A stretch of DNA of 64,000 bases, taken from contig CAXXYE010000002.1 of NCBI GenBank assembly GCA_963674865.2, positions 128,001 through 192,000 of the forward strand, written 5' to 3'. A program made the position numbers and the translations under genes. The stretch is from Candidatus Hydrogenedentota bacterium (lineage in GTDB: Bacteria > Hydrogenedentota > Hydrogenedentia > Hydrogenedentales > SLHB01). The notes beneath the pieces were generated by a model, which did not search any database, had not been told where the DNA came from, and saw only the letters and a program-made list of their open reading frames with translations. Below are positions 1 to 9,942 of this stretch, piece after piece. Position 1 is the stretch's first letter, and each line of letters begins with the position of its first letter.

Positions 1-1221
1 TCGGACTCCCAAGTGCCTGTTACGGAGGGATAGTAGGCGCGGCCATGGGGGGCTGCCAAGCGGCCTGTGGGCTGGTGGATATGCAAGGCATAGGACGCGG
101 CCAAGCGGGCGTTTATGGTACGCGCGAGGATGCGGATATCTTCGTTCCGTGTGTTCTTGGCAAGGCGGTTGAAGGCGATGATGCACCAGCGGGCGTAAGT
201 GGGGGCGTTGTACTCGAAGAGGTTGCCGTTGGCGAACATCACATCGGCGAACTCGCGTGTCTTGGCGTAGCCGTATTCGGCGATGGCAGCATCTTCGAGC
301 AGTTCGCCGGCCAGCGCCGTCTCCGCGCACGACAGGCGCGGCGATGTTCGAGTAGGTAACGGCGACGTCCAGGGAGATGACCTCCTCGACGGCCATGCGT
401 ATGCAGTCGATGACGCGTGTGTGCATGGGCTCGGGCAATCGATCGCCGTGTTCGATCATCATGGGAATGAGGGAATACAAGACGAAACAAGCCGCATTGC
501 GGTCGGGAATGCCGCTCACCGATGTGCTGTAGGAGAAGTTGCCCCGATTGACGTGCCCTTCGCGCGTTTCTTGCTCGGAAAGCACCACCTCGAGATGCTC
601 CTGCGCGAGCGCTATATCCTCGGGGCGGCCGGAGGCCAACAGCAATTCGGCGATGGTGGCGTTATGCCGGAGGAATCCCGTCATGCGGTATCCATAGGAG
701 CTACTGGAAGCGGCGCCCACGGCCCAGTGCATCCGGCCTGCGCTGTCCTCGATTCCTACCGCGTCGATGGCGATGTGCTCTACCGCTCCCGTGGTGTCGA
801 AATGCAGCTTGAGGCGCTGTATCGGCGCGGAGTGAGAACAGGGGATCTTGGAGACGCCGTATGCCGCTTCGCCCTTCAACGGATCGACGCCCTGCCAAAC
901 CGTGTGTTCGTCGCCGTCAGGTTGAAGGACTGAGATACGCGTCAAAGTGCCGGCGTTGTTGGTTTGATGGACGTGAATGGAGGCGGGGGCGATGGGATGG
1001 GCGTATCGGAGGAGCAGCCATTCTTCGCCTGCTGCTTCCTCAAGCGGCATCCAGGCAGTGGGATGTTTGCCGGGACTCGGTGTACCGGGGGCGCCAACCG
1101 CTTGATCGGCGGTGTAATCCAGCTTCTCGAGTAGGCCTTGCGCATATGCCGGGATTGCGCAGGCCACGCCGATCGTCACAAACAGTAGCAAGGCCGCGAG
1201 ATACTCACCGGATAGTTGCAT
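1..1221 (-). CDS. Secreted hypothetical protein (N-terminal beta-sandwich-like domain plus helical domain); runs off the window; apparent +1 frameshift at ~336
   Basis: ATG 1221 after GGAG; signal peptide MQLSGEYLAALLLFVTIGVACAIPAYAQ. The protein-like frame reads to ...VTYSNIAA, then continues one base shifted as LSCAETALAGELLEDAAIAEYGY...FEYNAPTY...GRLAAPHGRAY. Absent from the ORF track, probably because it has no stop in the window. Confidence 0.7.
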   Translation of the reverse strand, partial: MQLSGEYLAALLLFVTIGVACAIPAYAQGLLEKLDYTADQAVGAPGTPSPGKHPTAWMPLEEAAGEEWLLLRYAHPIAPASIHVHQTNNAGTLTRISVLQPDGDEHTVWQGVDPLKGEAAYGVSKIPCSHSAPIQRLKLHFDTTGAVEHIAIDAVGIEDSAGRMHWAVGAASSSSYGYRMTGFLRHNATIAELLLASGRPEDIALAQEHLEVVLSEQETREGHVNRGNFSYSTSVSGIPDRNAACFVLYSLIPMMIEHGDRLPEPMHTRVIDCIRMAVEEVISLDVAVTYSNIAAPVVRGDGAGRRTARRCCHRRIRLRQDTRVRRCDVRQRQPLRVQRPHLRPLVHHRLQPPCQEHTERRYPHPRAYHKRPLGRVLCLAYPPAHRPLGSPPWPRLLSLRNRHLGVR

Positions 1222-3171
1222 TTGTCTCCATCTTTCGCCTGTTTACCGCCGTCTCTTGATGCGTTGCCGTCCGTGAGTAGCATACCACGCCCTTTTCACG
1301 AGCCGCCGCGCCAATTCCCCTCGAGGCGGCCAAGGCCCGGCCGGCCAACAGCCTCCCCTTTCACTGAATGGCTTTCTCGCTCAAGAGTTTCGCCATATCG
1401 CTCTGGAAGGCCTTGTCCGTCGGCTGCTCCTCGCCCGGCATCCCAACCGCGGCCGCCAATGCCTTGGGAAATGGATCATTCACGAACAGGCGTGTTTCCA
1501 CGCCCTTGAGACAAGGCTGAACGATGCAGGCCAGCACGACGAGCAAGCCGGCAAACACGGCCATGAGCGATCTGGCTACCGCCCCGTGGTACAAGCCGTA
1601 CTTCTTCGGAGCCTGAAGTGCGCTCACCATGATGACGGCTGACGCGACGAGCATCACGCCTCCCGGCAGCGCAATCGAAAGCATAACCACGGCCCATGTG
1701 GGAAGCTGATTGCGGGACATTGCCTCTGTGGCCGCGCTCGCGCCCACGAAGAACCAGGCCGCTATCATAGGTGTGGCGAAGGCGGCCACGAAGAGGTAAT
1801 AGCTCCGGCCAAGCGCCGTGGCCGGCGCTTCTATGGAGAGGGCCTTGCATCTGGCGTGGAAGACGCGCATCGATGTGCCATAGAGGAGGGAAATCATCGT
1901 GATGCTGAAAAAGGAGAAGCCAAGGAGGAAACGGCTGACTTGCGCGTTCAAGGGCACGTCTTGTCCTATGATTCGGCTGAGCGCCAAGTAGATGGCGAGC
2001 GGAAAGAGAAATCCCGCGACGGCGATGCGCACGGCCTCTCGCCACGTTGGCAAGAGGAACAGCGGATGCAAGGTCTTTGCGGGCGAGGCCCCCGTTTTTC
2101 CGCCGTGGGAGGGCGCCTGCCCTGCTCGGCGCCAGCGCCATGCCGTGGCAAAGGCCGCCAGGATTAGCACGACAACGAAGGCCATCAGAGCGCCAACGCC
2201 AATACGATGCATGACAACGAACTCCAGTTTCCGATGATAGCGTAGTTCGTCGGCGCTGACGTGCACCGCGGGAAGAATGGCCAGCATTGCCTTCTGGATG
2301 ATTCCCGCGCTTTGGACATAGGCGCGAATCTCGTCTGTCGTCGGTTGTGGATCATACTTGTCTCGCAGCGCGATAATGCGGGCTTGGCGGCTCGTGAGTT
2401 GTTCGGCCTTCAAGCGAATGCCGTGCTTTTCGTAGAACTGAGCGGCGGGCTCATATGCTCTACCGATCCAAAAGGCCGTGCTCCAAAGCTCATGGGAGTG
2501 GGAGATTTCCGCCAGGCGCGATTCGGCCATTCGCCACGGAGTGTCGATCAGGCAATTCGCATCCTCGACGCGTCCGGCAGCGTAGAGGTGCTCGGCGTAT
2601 AAGGGAAGTAACTTGCGTCCCCTTGACAAAAGCGAGTCGTCGCCACTCCCCCTGGCCATTTGGCCGAGAGTGAAGAGGATCTTCGCATACTGCTGCTCGA
2701 AGTGTTTCGGCTGTCCGAGCATCGCGAGTTGCTTCGCCACGATCTGGTACTCGCAATCCCTCATGAAGGGTTTCTTCTTTGCCTCTTGTAGTTGTTGGAG
2801 GGCAGCATCCAGCAGGGCGGGATCGCGTATGGTGATCTGAGCCGCAAGTGCTTCGTCGACGCTCTGGCTGTCGCCGATGCCTTGTACCGGTTCCTTGAGT
2901 ACATGCGCCCGGAACAGGTACAGCATGGCAAGGAGGTAGTTGTAACGGGCATTGTCAGGCTCAACCTTGGCAGCACGGAGGATCTCCTTTTCAAGCTCCT
3001 CTACGCTGCTGTGTTCGTACGGCCATTGACGCAGCAGCAGGTTGACTTGGTGCGCACACTGGATCGCGTCCTGTGGCTCGTCCTCTGACGGTTCATAGAG
3101 CTCCTCTTGCCACGGCTTCCGCTCTCCCGGCGGTAACATCCGTAGAAGGCAGGTATACGGGCCTCTAGCCT

Positions 3172-3829
3172 AACGTTGGGAGACCCCCCGGCTATGCCGG
3201 GGAGGCAGCCGAAGTTTGACAGTTCCAGGAGTCCATCGACGAGACTCCTAGGCGTGAGCCGCTCAAGCACACGCAGAGGAGTTCATCGATGGACGATTAC
3301 CAGAGTCTAAGTCACACGAAATGGGAGTGCAAATACCATGTGGTATTCATCCCGAAATGCCGGCGGAAGACGCTGTACAGGGCGCTACGGGAGCACCTGG
3401 GTAAGGTGTTTCGGGACCTTGCGTTGAGAAAGGAGAGCCGGGTTGAGGAAGGGCACCTGATGCCTGACCATGTGCACATGATGCTGACGATTCCCCCGAA
3501 ATACGCGGTATCGCAGGTGGTGGGCTACCTCAAAGGGAAGAGCGCGATTCACATTGCTCGGGTCTATAGTGAGCGCAAGCGCAACTTCGTGGGGCAGCAC
3601 TTCTGGGCACGCGGCTACTTCGTTTCCACCTTGGGCCGAGACGAGGAAGTGATACGGGAGTACATCAGGCGGCAGGAACAGGAAGACCGCCGACTGGACC
3701 AGATGGATATGCTACGCTGAGAGCCACCCGACGAGGGTGGCCCCCAACGCGGGAGCGCGGCAGCGCCCCGCGCAGCCGCTTTGAGCGGCTCACACGGTAA
3801 AGCCCCCGGCTCTGCCGGGGGATACTTAC
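3172..3829 (+). mobile_element. IS200/IS605-family insertion sequence (TnpA only, IS200-like)
   Basis: Sub-terminal hairpins CCCCGGC-TAT-GCCGGGG (left) and CCCCCGGC-TCT-GCCGGGGG (right); encodes a Y1 transposase; no target duplication, as expected for this family. Left end is inferred from frame restoration. Confidence 0.85.
3289..3720 (+). CDS. tnpA: IS200/IS605 family Y1 (HUH) transposase
   Basis: YHVVFIPK, HUH motif DHVHM, LKGKS, FWARGYFVST, catalytic Tyr in EYIRRQ; RBS GAGGAG. Confidence 0.97.
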   Translation: MDDYQSLSHTKWECKYHVVFIPKCRRKTLYRALREHLGKVFRDLALRKESRVEEGHLMPDHVHMMLTIPPKYAVSQVVGYLKGKSAIHIARVYSERKRNFVGQHFWARGYFVSTLGRDEEVIREYIRRQEQEDRRLDQMDMLR

Positions 3830-4187
3830 TCACGCTGAGGATGTCTTCTCCACGATGCCATAGCTGAACGCACAAGATGGCCGCCACCAGGATCGAGGCA
3901 GGCACAAGAGCCCTTCGCACGGCCATCCGGGCCAGGGCGCGCAGCTTCATGCGGCGCCTATTGGCCTCGAGGAGTCGCTTGCCCACCTCCTCGGCCGGGC
4001 CGAAAACCGCGAGGGCCCGCCCCAGGCTATCGGCTTCCGACGTGCCTTCAGCGAGGTAGCGATCGATAGTGTCGTCGATGTGGCTCTGCAGCTCGGCGCG
4101 CACGTCGAGACAGAGTTCGGGATCTGCCTTGAGGGACGAAGTGGCCTTGTCGAGGACGCGTGCGATGCGCTCCGCTTTGTCCATGGC

Positions 4188-4526
4188 TTAGGCCTCGTGT
4201 GAGCAGAGAAGAAGGGCGCTTACCGCGGCCGAGAAGGATGTCCACTCACTCACCTTGTCCCTCAGAAAGGCGCGTCCCTTCCGCGTGATTCTGTAATACT
4301 TGCGCTGCTTCCCGCTGGTCGCCTCCCGCCATTCGCTGTCAACGAGCTTTGCCGCTTCCAGCCGGTGCAGGCAGGGATACAGCGTGCCCTCTTTCCACTC
4401 AAAGGCCTGGTTGGTGCGTTGATTAACGTCCTTGATGATCTCATAGCCGTACATGGGGCGCTCGGCGACAAGCCGGAGCACGATGGGCTCGGCGACGCCG
4501 CGTATCAGATCGCTGCTGAATTTCAT
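4188..4526 (-). CDS. PadR family transcriptional regulator
   Basis: PMYGYEII...EGTLYPCLHRLE...RKYYRITRKG; start at ATG 4526 with GAGGAGG RBS. Confidence 0.95.
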   Translation of the reverse strand: MKFSSDLIRGVAEPIVLRLVAERPMYGYEIIKDVNQRTNQAFEWKEGTLYPCLHRLEAAKLVDSEWREATSGKQRKYYRITRKGRAFLRDKVSEWTSFSAAVSALLLCSHEA

Positions 4527-4551
4527 GGCTCGATCCTCCTCAATCGGGGAA

Positions 4552-4598
4552 TGCCTCGGCACGCAAGGTATAATACCTCGCGTGGCAAGGTATGTCAA
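4552..4598 (-). promoter_or_regulatory. Sigma70-type promoter of padR overlapped by two tandem palindromic operator boxes
   Basis: Minus strand TTGACA (4598-4593)-17 bp-TATTAT (4575-4570). Boxes TACCT-N9-AGGTA (4574-4592) and TGCCT-N9-AGGTA (4552-4570). Confidence 0.75.
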
Positions 4599-4851
4599 GG
4601 GGGCTGAGGCGGGGGCGATCCTCCGAGTCTCTATGCCGTAGCCGGTGGACGCCTGAGTTGCCGGCCGCCCAGAAGTTGATCTTGTAAGAGAACAAAGGTT
4701 ACAAGGCTCCCAGAATCAGGTGCAAAGCGCGTTGAGGGCGTCACGTAGGTGCTTTCTTGGTGCTGCCGCCCGGCCCGTCCTTGTGCGGCTACACACGCGA
4801 AGAATCACGCCGAGTTTGGATCCAAGCGAATGACACATGTGAGAGAGGGCT

Positions 4852-7518
4852 ATGAAGAAGACTATTCGAGTTCATCGATTGCTGGCGGGCATCGTCATGC
4901 TGGCCGTTGCGTCCGGGGCTTACGCGCAAGGCCTCGAGGATTACCGGTTTGAGGCCGGGCGCTACGCAAGCCGCGGAATTGAGAGCCGACAGCAAGTATT
5001 TGACGGCTATACCAATCACTGGGAGCGACGCGAGTGGACATGGCATTCGGCGCGCGGGCTGTTCTTGCTTTCGCAGCCATCCGCGGAAAGCGAGCTTCTT
5101 GCCATGGAAGCCGAGATTGGGAATCAGCTTCTGTTGGACGAACTCTGGATTCAGCCAGGCTTCATGAAGGAATTTGCGCAGCGTTCCGTGAGCGTCTTGA
5201 ATTCCCCGTCACGGAATGAGCTGGAGAACGCGCTGCGCGATGGCGATGCCCTCGCTTGCCTGGTGGATCGGGATCCGCTCGCGAAAGTGCTGTTGGCGCA
5301 ACTTCCGGAGGCTTCTCAGTTTCGCCGAAACCGGGCGTTCTTCTTGTGCAATGAGGGCCGCATGATCTTCGTGCTGGCCTGCCAGTCGAAGGAAGAAGTG
5401 GACAGGCTGCGCAGCCACGTTCAGGCGGCGGCCGAAGTCGTCCGCGACTTCGATTTCCATCGGGGGTTGGCCGGCGTGAACACCAGTTATCTGGCGATCT
5501 CGTCGGTGCAGCGCACGGATCCGTTCACCCTCGTTGCCACGGCGCTTCAGCTCAGGTGTTCCTGGCTCATGGTGAGCGGGTACAACGACTGGATGCTCCC
5601 GGGGCCGGTAAGGGCCGCGTTGAGCGAGGTCGATTTGCCGTTTGCGTTTATATCAGGGCAGTCGGTGAGTGGCGGCGTGCTCTATGGCTTGGAGCGGTAT
5701 CCAGACATTCAGGACAACACCATTGACGAGGCCCTGGACGCGGCGGAGCAGGGGGGCGGCTTCTACTTCGGCAGTCTGTCGAAGTCCGAGGAGGAGCAGG
5801 CGGCACGGTACGATGGCTATATCCTGGGCGGCCCTTCCGGACAGGAGCAGATAGACGCTTTGAACGCGCCTTTTGTGGTACACGCCGGCGAGATCGGTGC
5901 GCGTACGCCGACGAGCATGGTGGTGTTTCTTGAGAAAGGTACGCCGCCGACTCAGGATTCCGTTATGGACGCCATTCTCGCGAGGCGGGCTGTGGCGGTT
6001 TATGAGAAAGGCGTCGTGGCCGGGCCCGCCCGCTTTCGGGACGCAGTCCGAATGCTCCTCTTGGAGGGAGTGTGTGTTGAAGAGCAACTCGGAACAGGCG
6101 TAGCGGTTGACGCCGTCATAGAGGGCCGAACACTCAAGGTTCGTCTTCGCAATCGGAGCGAACGTGTTGTTCGTGGCGACGTGCGAGTGCGGCTCGGAGA
6201 GACTGTGGAGATAAGGCGTAAGGCCGGGCCACGGCGACTGGCTCTTGCCCCGGGCGAGTGCCGTGTCATTACCTATCCGCTCAGCTTCACACCGGCGGCT
6301 GGCGGCAGGGCCAATCTCGTCGCTGTGGATTTCTGCGGCGAAGGGCGGGCGATACATGCACTGGCGCACGTGGAGCTTCCCGCGGTGATAGAGATGCATC
6401 CCCTTATGCTGGATGTGCCTGGCGAGATCGTGTATCCGATAACCGTGTGGAATATGTCAAAACGCAATGAAGTACCTGTAGCACTTGTTGTCTCGGACTC
6501 CTCCAGCGGGGAGGAGGTCCTGACTATGAGTCAGGCGGTGCGGGTGCGTCCTTGGCAGACTGCCCATGTCGATCTTGCGCTAAACCTGGAGGCCGGCGAT
6601 TACATCGCGGAGGCGACTGCGCTGGGGACGACGACGAAGGGAACCATCGCGGTACGATCGCAGCCCGGCGAGGTCGTGGCCCGCGAGGAGGACATCGACG
6701 GGGATGGCATTCCGGAGATTGTTATGGAAAACGACGCCGTGAGGGCGGTAGTCCTTCTGTATGGGGGAAGAGTTATCGAGTACACCTTGAAATGCCGGGA
6801 TGAGAACCTGTTGTTCAAACTCTGGCCGGAGAAGCCTCCAATGCACGGGAAACCGGGGGGCACGCGCCAGTTCTACCCGTACGGCGGGCTGGAGGAGTTC
6901 GTCGGTTATCCTTACATAGGCGGAAATATCGTCTATCAGTACAAGGTATTGAGTTCCTCCGGTTCTTACGCGCGCGTGAAGGTTTGGGCCAATGTCCACG
7001 GGAGCAAGATCGCGAAGTTCTACACGCTCTACGGGGCAAGTCCGGTGCTCGAGGCTCGCTATGCTTTTGACGACATGACGCCCACCCTGAATGTCATCGG
7101 CATCAATCCGCTGATCCAGATCGGGCCTTCGACAGGGCCGGAAGATCGGTACTTCTTCCCTGAAGAGCACCAAGTCGAGACGCGCCCCGAGTTGGAGCGG
7201 TACTACGGCAGGGCGCTGTTTCCAAAGGAAGGATGGGCCGCGGGATACGATAGCGAAATGGACATCTCACTAATCGTCGGATATCCCGTAGACGACACGC
7301 TCTACGTGCACCTGTGGAACAACCATCCCAACAACAAGCCAACGCCATACTTCTATACCGAGATCCAGCCATGGATCGAACTCAAGCACGGCACAACCAC
7401 TCACTATTCCTATTACCTGTTCGGCCGGGATGGCCCGTGGGAACCTGCGCTGGCGGAGTTCAAAGCGCTTGGCGTGGCTACCAAGACGGATAAGCTTTGG
7501 CCATGGGACTACCGATGA
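4852..7518 (+). CDS. Large secreted hypothetical protein with Ig-like middle and mutarotase-like C-terminal beta-sandwich (possibly carbohydrate-active)
   Basis: 888-aa ORF; signal peptide ending AYA-Q; segment DIDGDGIPEIVMENDAVRAVVLLYGGRVIEY resembles the start of galactose-mutarotase-like domains. Confidence 0.65.
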   Translation: MKKTIRVHRLLAGIVMLAVASGAYAQGLEDYRFEAGRYASRGIESRQQVFDGYTNHWERREWTWHSARGLFLLSQPSAESELLAMEAEIGNQLLLDELWIQPGFMKEFAQRSVSVLNSPSRNELENALRDGDALACLVDRDPLAKVLLAQLPEASQFRRNRAFFLCNEGRMIFVLACQSKEEVDRLRSHVQAAAEVVRDFDFHRGLAGVNTSYLAISSVQRTDPFTLVATALQLRCSWLMVSGYNDWMLPGPVRAALSEVDLPFAFISGQSVSGGVLYGLERYPDIQDNTIDEALDAAEQGGGFYFGSLSKSEEEQAARYDGYILGGPSGQEQIDALNAPFVVHAGEIGARTPTSMVVFLEKGTPPTQDSVMDAILARRAVAVYEKGVVAGPARFRDAVRMLLLEGVCVEEQLGTGVAVDAVIEGRTLKVRLRNRSERVVRGDVRVRLGETVEIRRKAGPRRLALAPGECRVITYPLSFTPAAGGRANLVAVDFCGEGRAIHALAHVELPAVIEMHPLMLDVPGEIVYPITVWNMSKRNEVPVALVVSDSSSGEEVLTMSQAVRVRPWQTAHVDLALNLEAGDYIAEATALGTTTKGTIAVRSQPGEVVAREEDIDGDGIPEIVMENDAVRAVVLLYGGRVIEYTLKCRDENLLFKLWPEKPPMHGKPGGTRQFYPYGGLEEFVGYPYIGGNIVYQYKVLSSSGSYARVKVWANVHGSKIAKFYTLYGASPVLEARYAFDDMTPTLNVIGINPLIQIGPSTGPEDRYFFPEEHQVETRPELERYYGRALFPKEGWAAGYDSEMDISLIVGYPVDDTLYVHLWNNHPNNKPTPYFYTEIQPWIELKHGTTTHYSYYLFGRDGPWEPALAEFKALGVATKTDKLWPWDYR

Positions 7519-7765
7519 CGCCTGCGAGCTCCTGAGTGGGCCGAACATCTTGTCTCTTCGCTGTCGCGCTCGTAGCCTCTGGGCAATGAGCGCCGCGCTT
7601 CCGGGCTTTCTAACCCATTGTTATCACTGTGATTATGGAAAGTCTTGGTGCTTGCGGCGTGCGGACTTTAATGGCATGTATGCCACATAAAGGAAATGAT
7701 GTGCCAATCTCACGGTACAGGCAGTTTACGCACCTTTTTGAGGATTGCTCAAGGAGTGGAAAAGG

Positions 7766-7800
7766 AAAGGCCACTTGCGAAACGCTGTAAGTGGCCTTTT
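7766..7800. terminator. Hairpin just downstream of the tRNA 3' end (terminator-like)
   Basis: AAAGGCCACTT...AAGTGGCCTTT inverted repeat with A/T tails. Confidence 0.55.
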
Positions 7801-7815
7801 AAGAGTGCTTTATGA

Positions 7816-7865
7816 TGGTCGGGGCGGCCGGATTTGAACCGGCGACCCCCTGCTCCCAAAGCAGG
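7816..7865 (-). other. 3' half of tRNA-Pro(TGG): probable att site of an integrated element, not a functional tRNA
   Basis: Minus strand CCTGC-TTTGGGA-GCAGG (anticodon arm, TGG), GGGTC, GCCGG-TTCAAAT-CCGGC (T arm), CGCCCCG-A-CCA. No D-arm or 5' acceptor strand upstream. Confidence 0.85.
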
Positions 7866-7920
7866 GGGATGTGACTCAGAACTCACTGTATGTCAACACA
7901 TTACGAGCCCTTGTCAGGGC

Positions 7921-7943
7921 GCTTGCACCAATGCTTGCACCAA
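7921..7943. repeat. Tandem 11-bp direct repeat GCTTGCACCAA (possible integrase arm-type site)
   Basis: GCTTGCACCAA-T-GCTTGCACCAA, 55 bp inside the tRNA fragment. Confidence 0.6.
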
Positions 7944-8207
7944 AGACGATCATACCAAAGGACAGGACTGCTTTCTATCCGTCGTCCAGCTAATTCGCGA
8001 GATGGGGCCTAAAGACAGGCGCTTGTTGAGGCAGTTTTTGAATGTTGCATGCGAAGGAGAGGGTTGAGCTTGCTAGATGCTGCTCGGCGTGCAAATATGT
8101 CTGGTGTGCGTGCCCGCGGCGAGGACCTCACGCTCCGTGGCCCGGGATTGGAATGCGGCGGACATCTTAGGGAGAGGATACCGGAACAGTTGGCAAGGAG
8201 GGAACTG

Positions 8208-8999
8208 ATGCCCCATTTGCGGCAGACACAAACCATACTCGGGGTGTTTGCGCATCCCGACGATGATGTTGTGCTCGGACCCATGTGGGCCCACTACGGT
8301 CTACGCGGCGTCAAGGTCTACCTCGCCTTCGCCACCTCCGGTGACCAAGGAGCGACAGCCCACGCGCGCATTCCTGCCGGAGCCGAACTAGCTGCTGTCC
8401 GGGAAAGGGAGGCCCAAGCAGCATGCAAGGCCTATGGTATTGAAGAACCCGTGTTTTTCCGGCAGCCGGACCGCGGGGTAGGCCGGAAAGAGAACAGGGA
8501 AGCGATCCTCAGGGGCCTCACCGGCCTGATTGAGAGTTTGCGGCCTTCGGTCATTGTCACCTTTGGGCCAGAAGGGGTAACGCATCACCCTGACCACCTG
8601 GCAATAGGCAATCTGGTGTCGGAAGTCTTCCAGCGATGGCGGCAGGGGGAAGGCCATCTGGAAGCTCCGAGAAAACTCTACTACGTTGTCTTCCCTCCCG
8701 GTCAGTTTCTCATCGACTCTTCAGAATGGAAGCAGAAGTACTCTCCTTGGGTAGATACGGAACTCATCTCGACGGAGATTGACGTTGCCGATGGTGCGGC
8801 CGGCGCGGCTGAAGCGCTGCAATGCTATCAGAGCCAATTCTCTCCACAAACGATGAGAACCATAGCGAAAGCCTGGGCCAACGCTCTCATGGGAAAGGCG
8901 TATCTTCGGCTTGCCATGTCGCGGGAAGAGACAAGTTGTGAACGCGACCTACTGTTGCGCTCAGTCAACCTCCCAACACCCCGTTCCAAGAGCACATGA
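8208..8999 (+). CDS. PIG-L/LmbE family deacetylase
   Basis: AHPDD motif, ATSGDQG, R..EA..AC, HPDH; ATG 8208 after AAGGAGGG. Confidence 0.9.
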   Translation: MPHLRQTQTILGVFAHPDDDVVLGPMWAHYGLRGVKVYLAFATSGDQGATAHARIPAGAELAAVREREAQAACKAYGIEEPVFFRQPDRGVGRKENREAILRGLTGLIESLRPSVIVTFGPEGVTHHPDHLAIGNLVSEVFQRWRQGEGHLEAPRKLYYVVFPPGQFLIDSSEWKQKYSPWVDTELISTEIDVADGAAGAAEALQCYQSQFSPQTMRTIAKAWANALMGKAYLRLAMSREETSCERDLLLRSVNLPTPRSKST

Positions 9000-9359
9000 C
9001 GAGACTCGCAACGAACGGTCCATCTCGAGCACCTTCGTCGCTAACTCTCCAGCATGCTCCTGCGCGCACGTTGGCAAGTCCAAGGCGGGCGTAGTCCGCG
9101 GAGGCTTGAATCCAGGGGGGCACAATCATAGGCGCTGTCGGATACCACACGTCCTTGCACCCTCGCGCCGGTCCTAAGCTGCGGAAGGAAATGGTATGGA
9201 ACGATTCTTCTTCTCTGTCTTGTCCCTGACTCTACAGTGGTTTCGACCTCGCTACGATGCCCAGCATTGATTCTTGGAAGTGCAGATTCGGATTCTGCGC
9301 TCCCGGACTGACGCGATCCGTGTTGTCCCAGCTCCGAAGGACAAAGCTGTGCGCGGCGC

Positions 9360-9491
9360 CGTAGAAGTGAAGCAGGTGGATATGCTGCGCTCGACAAGGA
9401 TGGTGTCTTGAACGCTGGAGCGAAATAGCCCCCGCGCAGCCGCTTTGAGTGGCTCGCACGGTAATACCCTTGGCTCTAGGCGGATACATAC
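9360..9491 (+). mobile_element. Degenerate 3' end relic of the same IS200-type element
   Basis: CCCGCGCAGCCGCTTTGAGTGGCTCGCACGGTAA...GGATACATAC aligns by eye to 3767-3829; upstream GGATATGCTGCGCT matches the tnpA 3' end. Confidence 0.7.
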
Positions 9492-9532
9492 AGAGCACAC
9501 CGCGAACCGAATTCGTCCTTCATCCTGGCGCA

Positions 9533-9691
9533 CTACTCCGGAGAGAAGTGCTCCTTGGATACGCCACAGACTGGGCAGACCCAATCGTCCGGCAAGTCTT
9601 CAAACGCTGTACCAGGCTGAATACCGTTTTCTGGGTCACCCAGGTTCGGGCTGTACATGTAGCCGCATCCGTTGCACAAGTAAGCTGTCAC
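9533..9691 (-). CDS. Rubredoxin
   Basis: 52 aa: [10 protein letters not shown]...[29 protein letters not shown] start after AGGAG. Confidence 0.95.
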   Translation of the reverse strand: MTAYLCNGCGYMYSPNLGDPENGIQPGTAFEDLPDDWVCPVCGVSKEHFSPE

Positions 9692-9942
9692 GCTACAAGG
9701 TCTCCTCGCCTTCACGGCATGAAACTCATGACTCCACTCTAACGCTGCAGAAGCTAACACGTTTTGTCAGAAGGCTGCAGCGAGTTTTCTTGGTCGCCGT
9801 GGCTTCTTTCCTTTCCTGGCTTGCCCAGCTTCGAGCGTCGAAAAAACGTGGCCCGGTGCGCTACACCGCTACGAATCAAGAACCTAGTATCCAGTAATCT
9901 ATCCGCGTCGGTGATCAGTTCAAAGGCCTCATTTCTTAAGCG

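Larger units (their letters stand above)
1361..4184 (-). pseudogene. PadR-associated multi-pass membrane protein (permease-prefix-like N-terminus) interrupted by an IS200-type element
   Basis: 5' part MDKAERIARVLDKATSSLKADPELCLDVRAELQSHIDD...AVFGPAEEVG (4184-3830) is typical of PadR partner proteins. 3' part (3171-1361) has several hydrophobic TM segments. Removing 3172-3829 restores one 721-aa frame. Confidence 0.75.

Noticed and set aside
3720..3830. TnpB or omega-RNA associated with the IS
   Set aside because: The element ends ~110 bp after tnpA with no tnpB; the hairpins are explained as IS end structures.
7816..7890. Functional tRNA-Pro gene
   Set aside because: The D-arm and 5' acceptor strand are absent; only the 3' 50 nt are tRNA-like.
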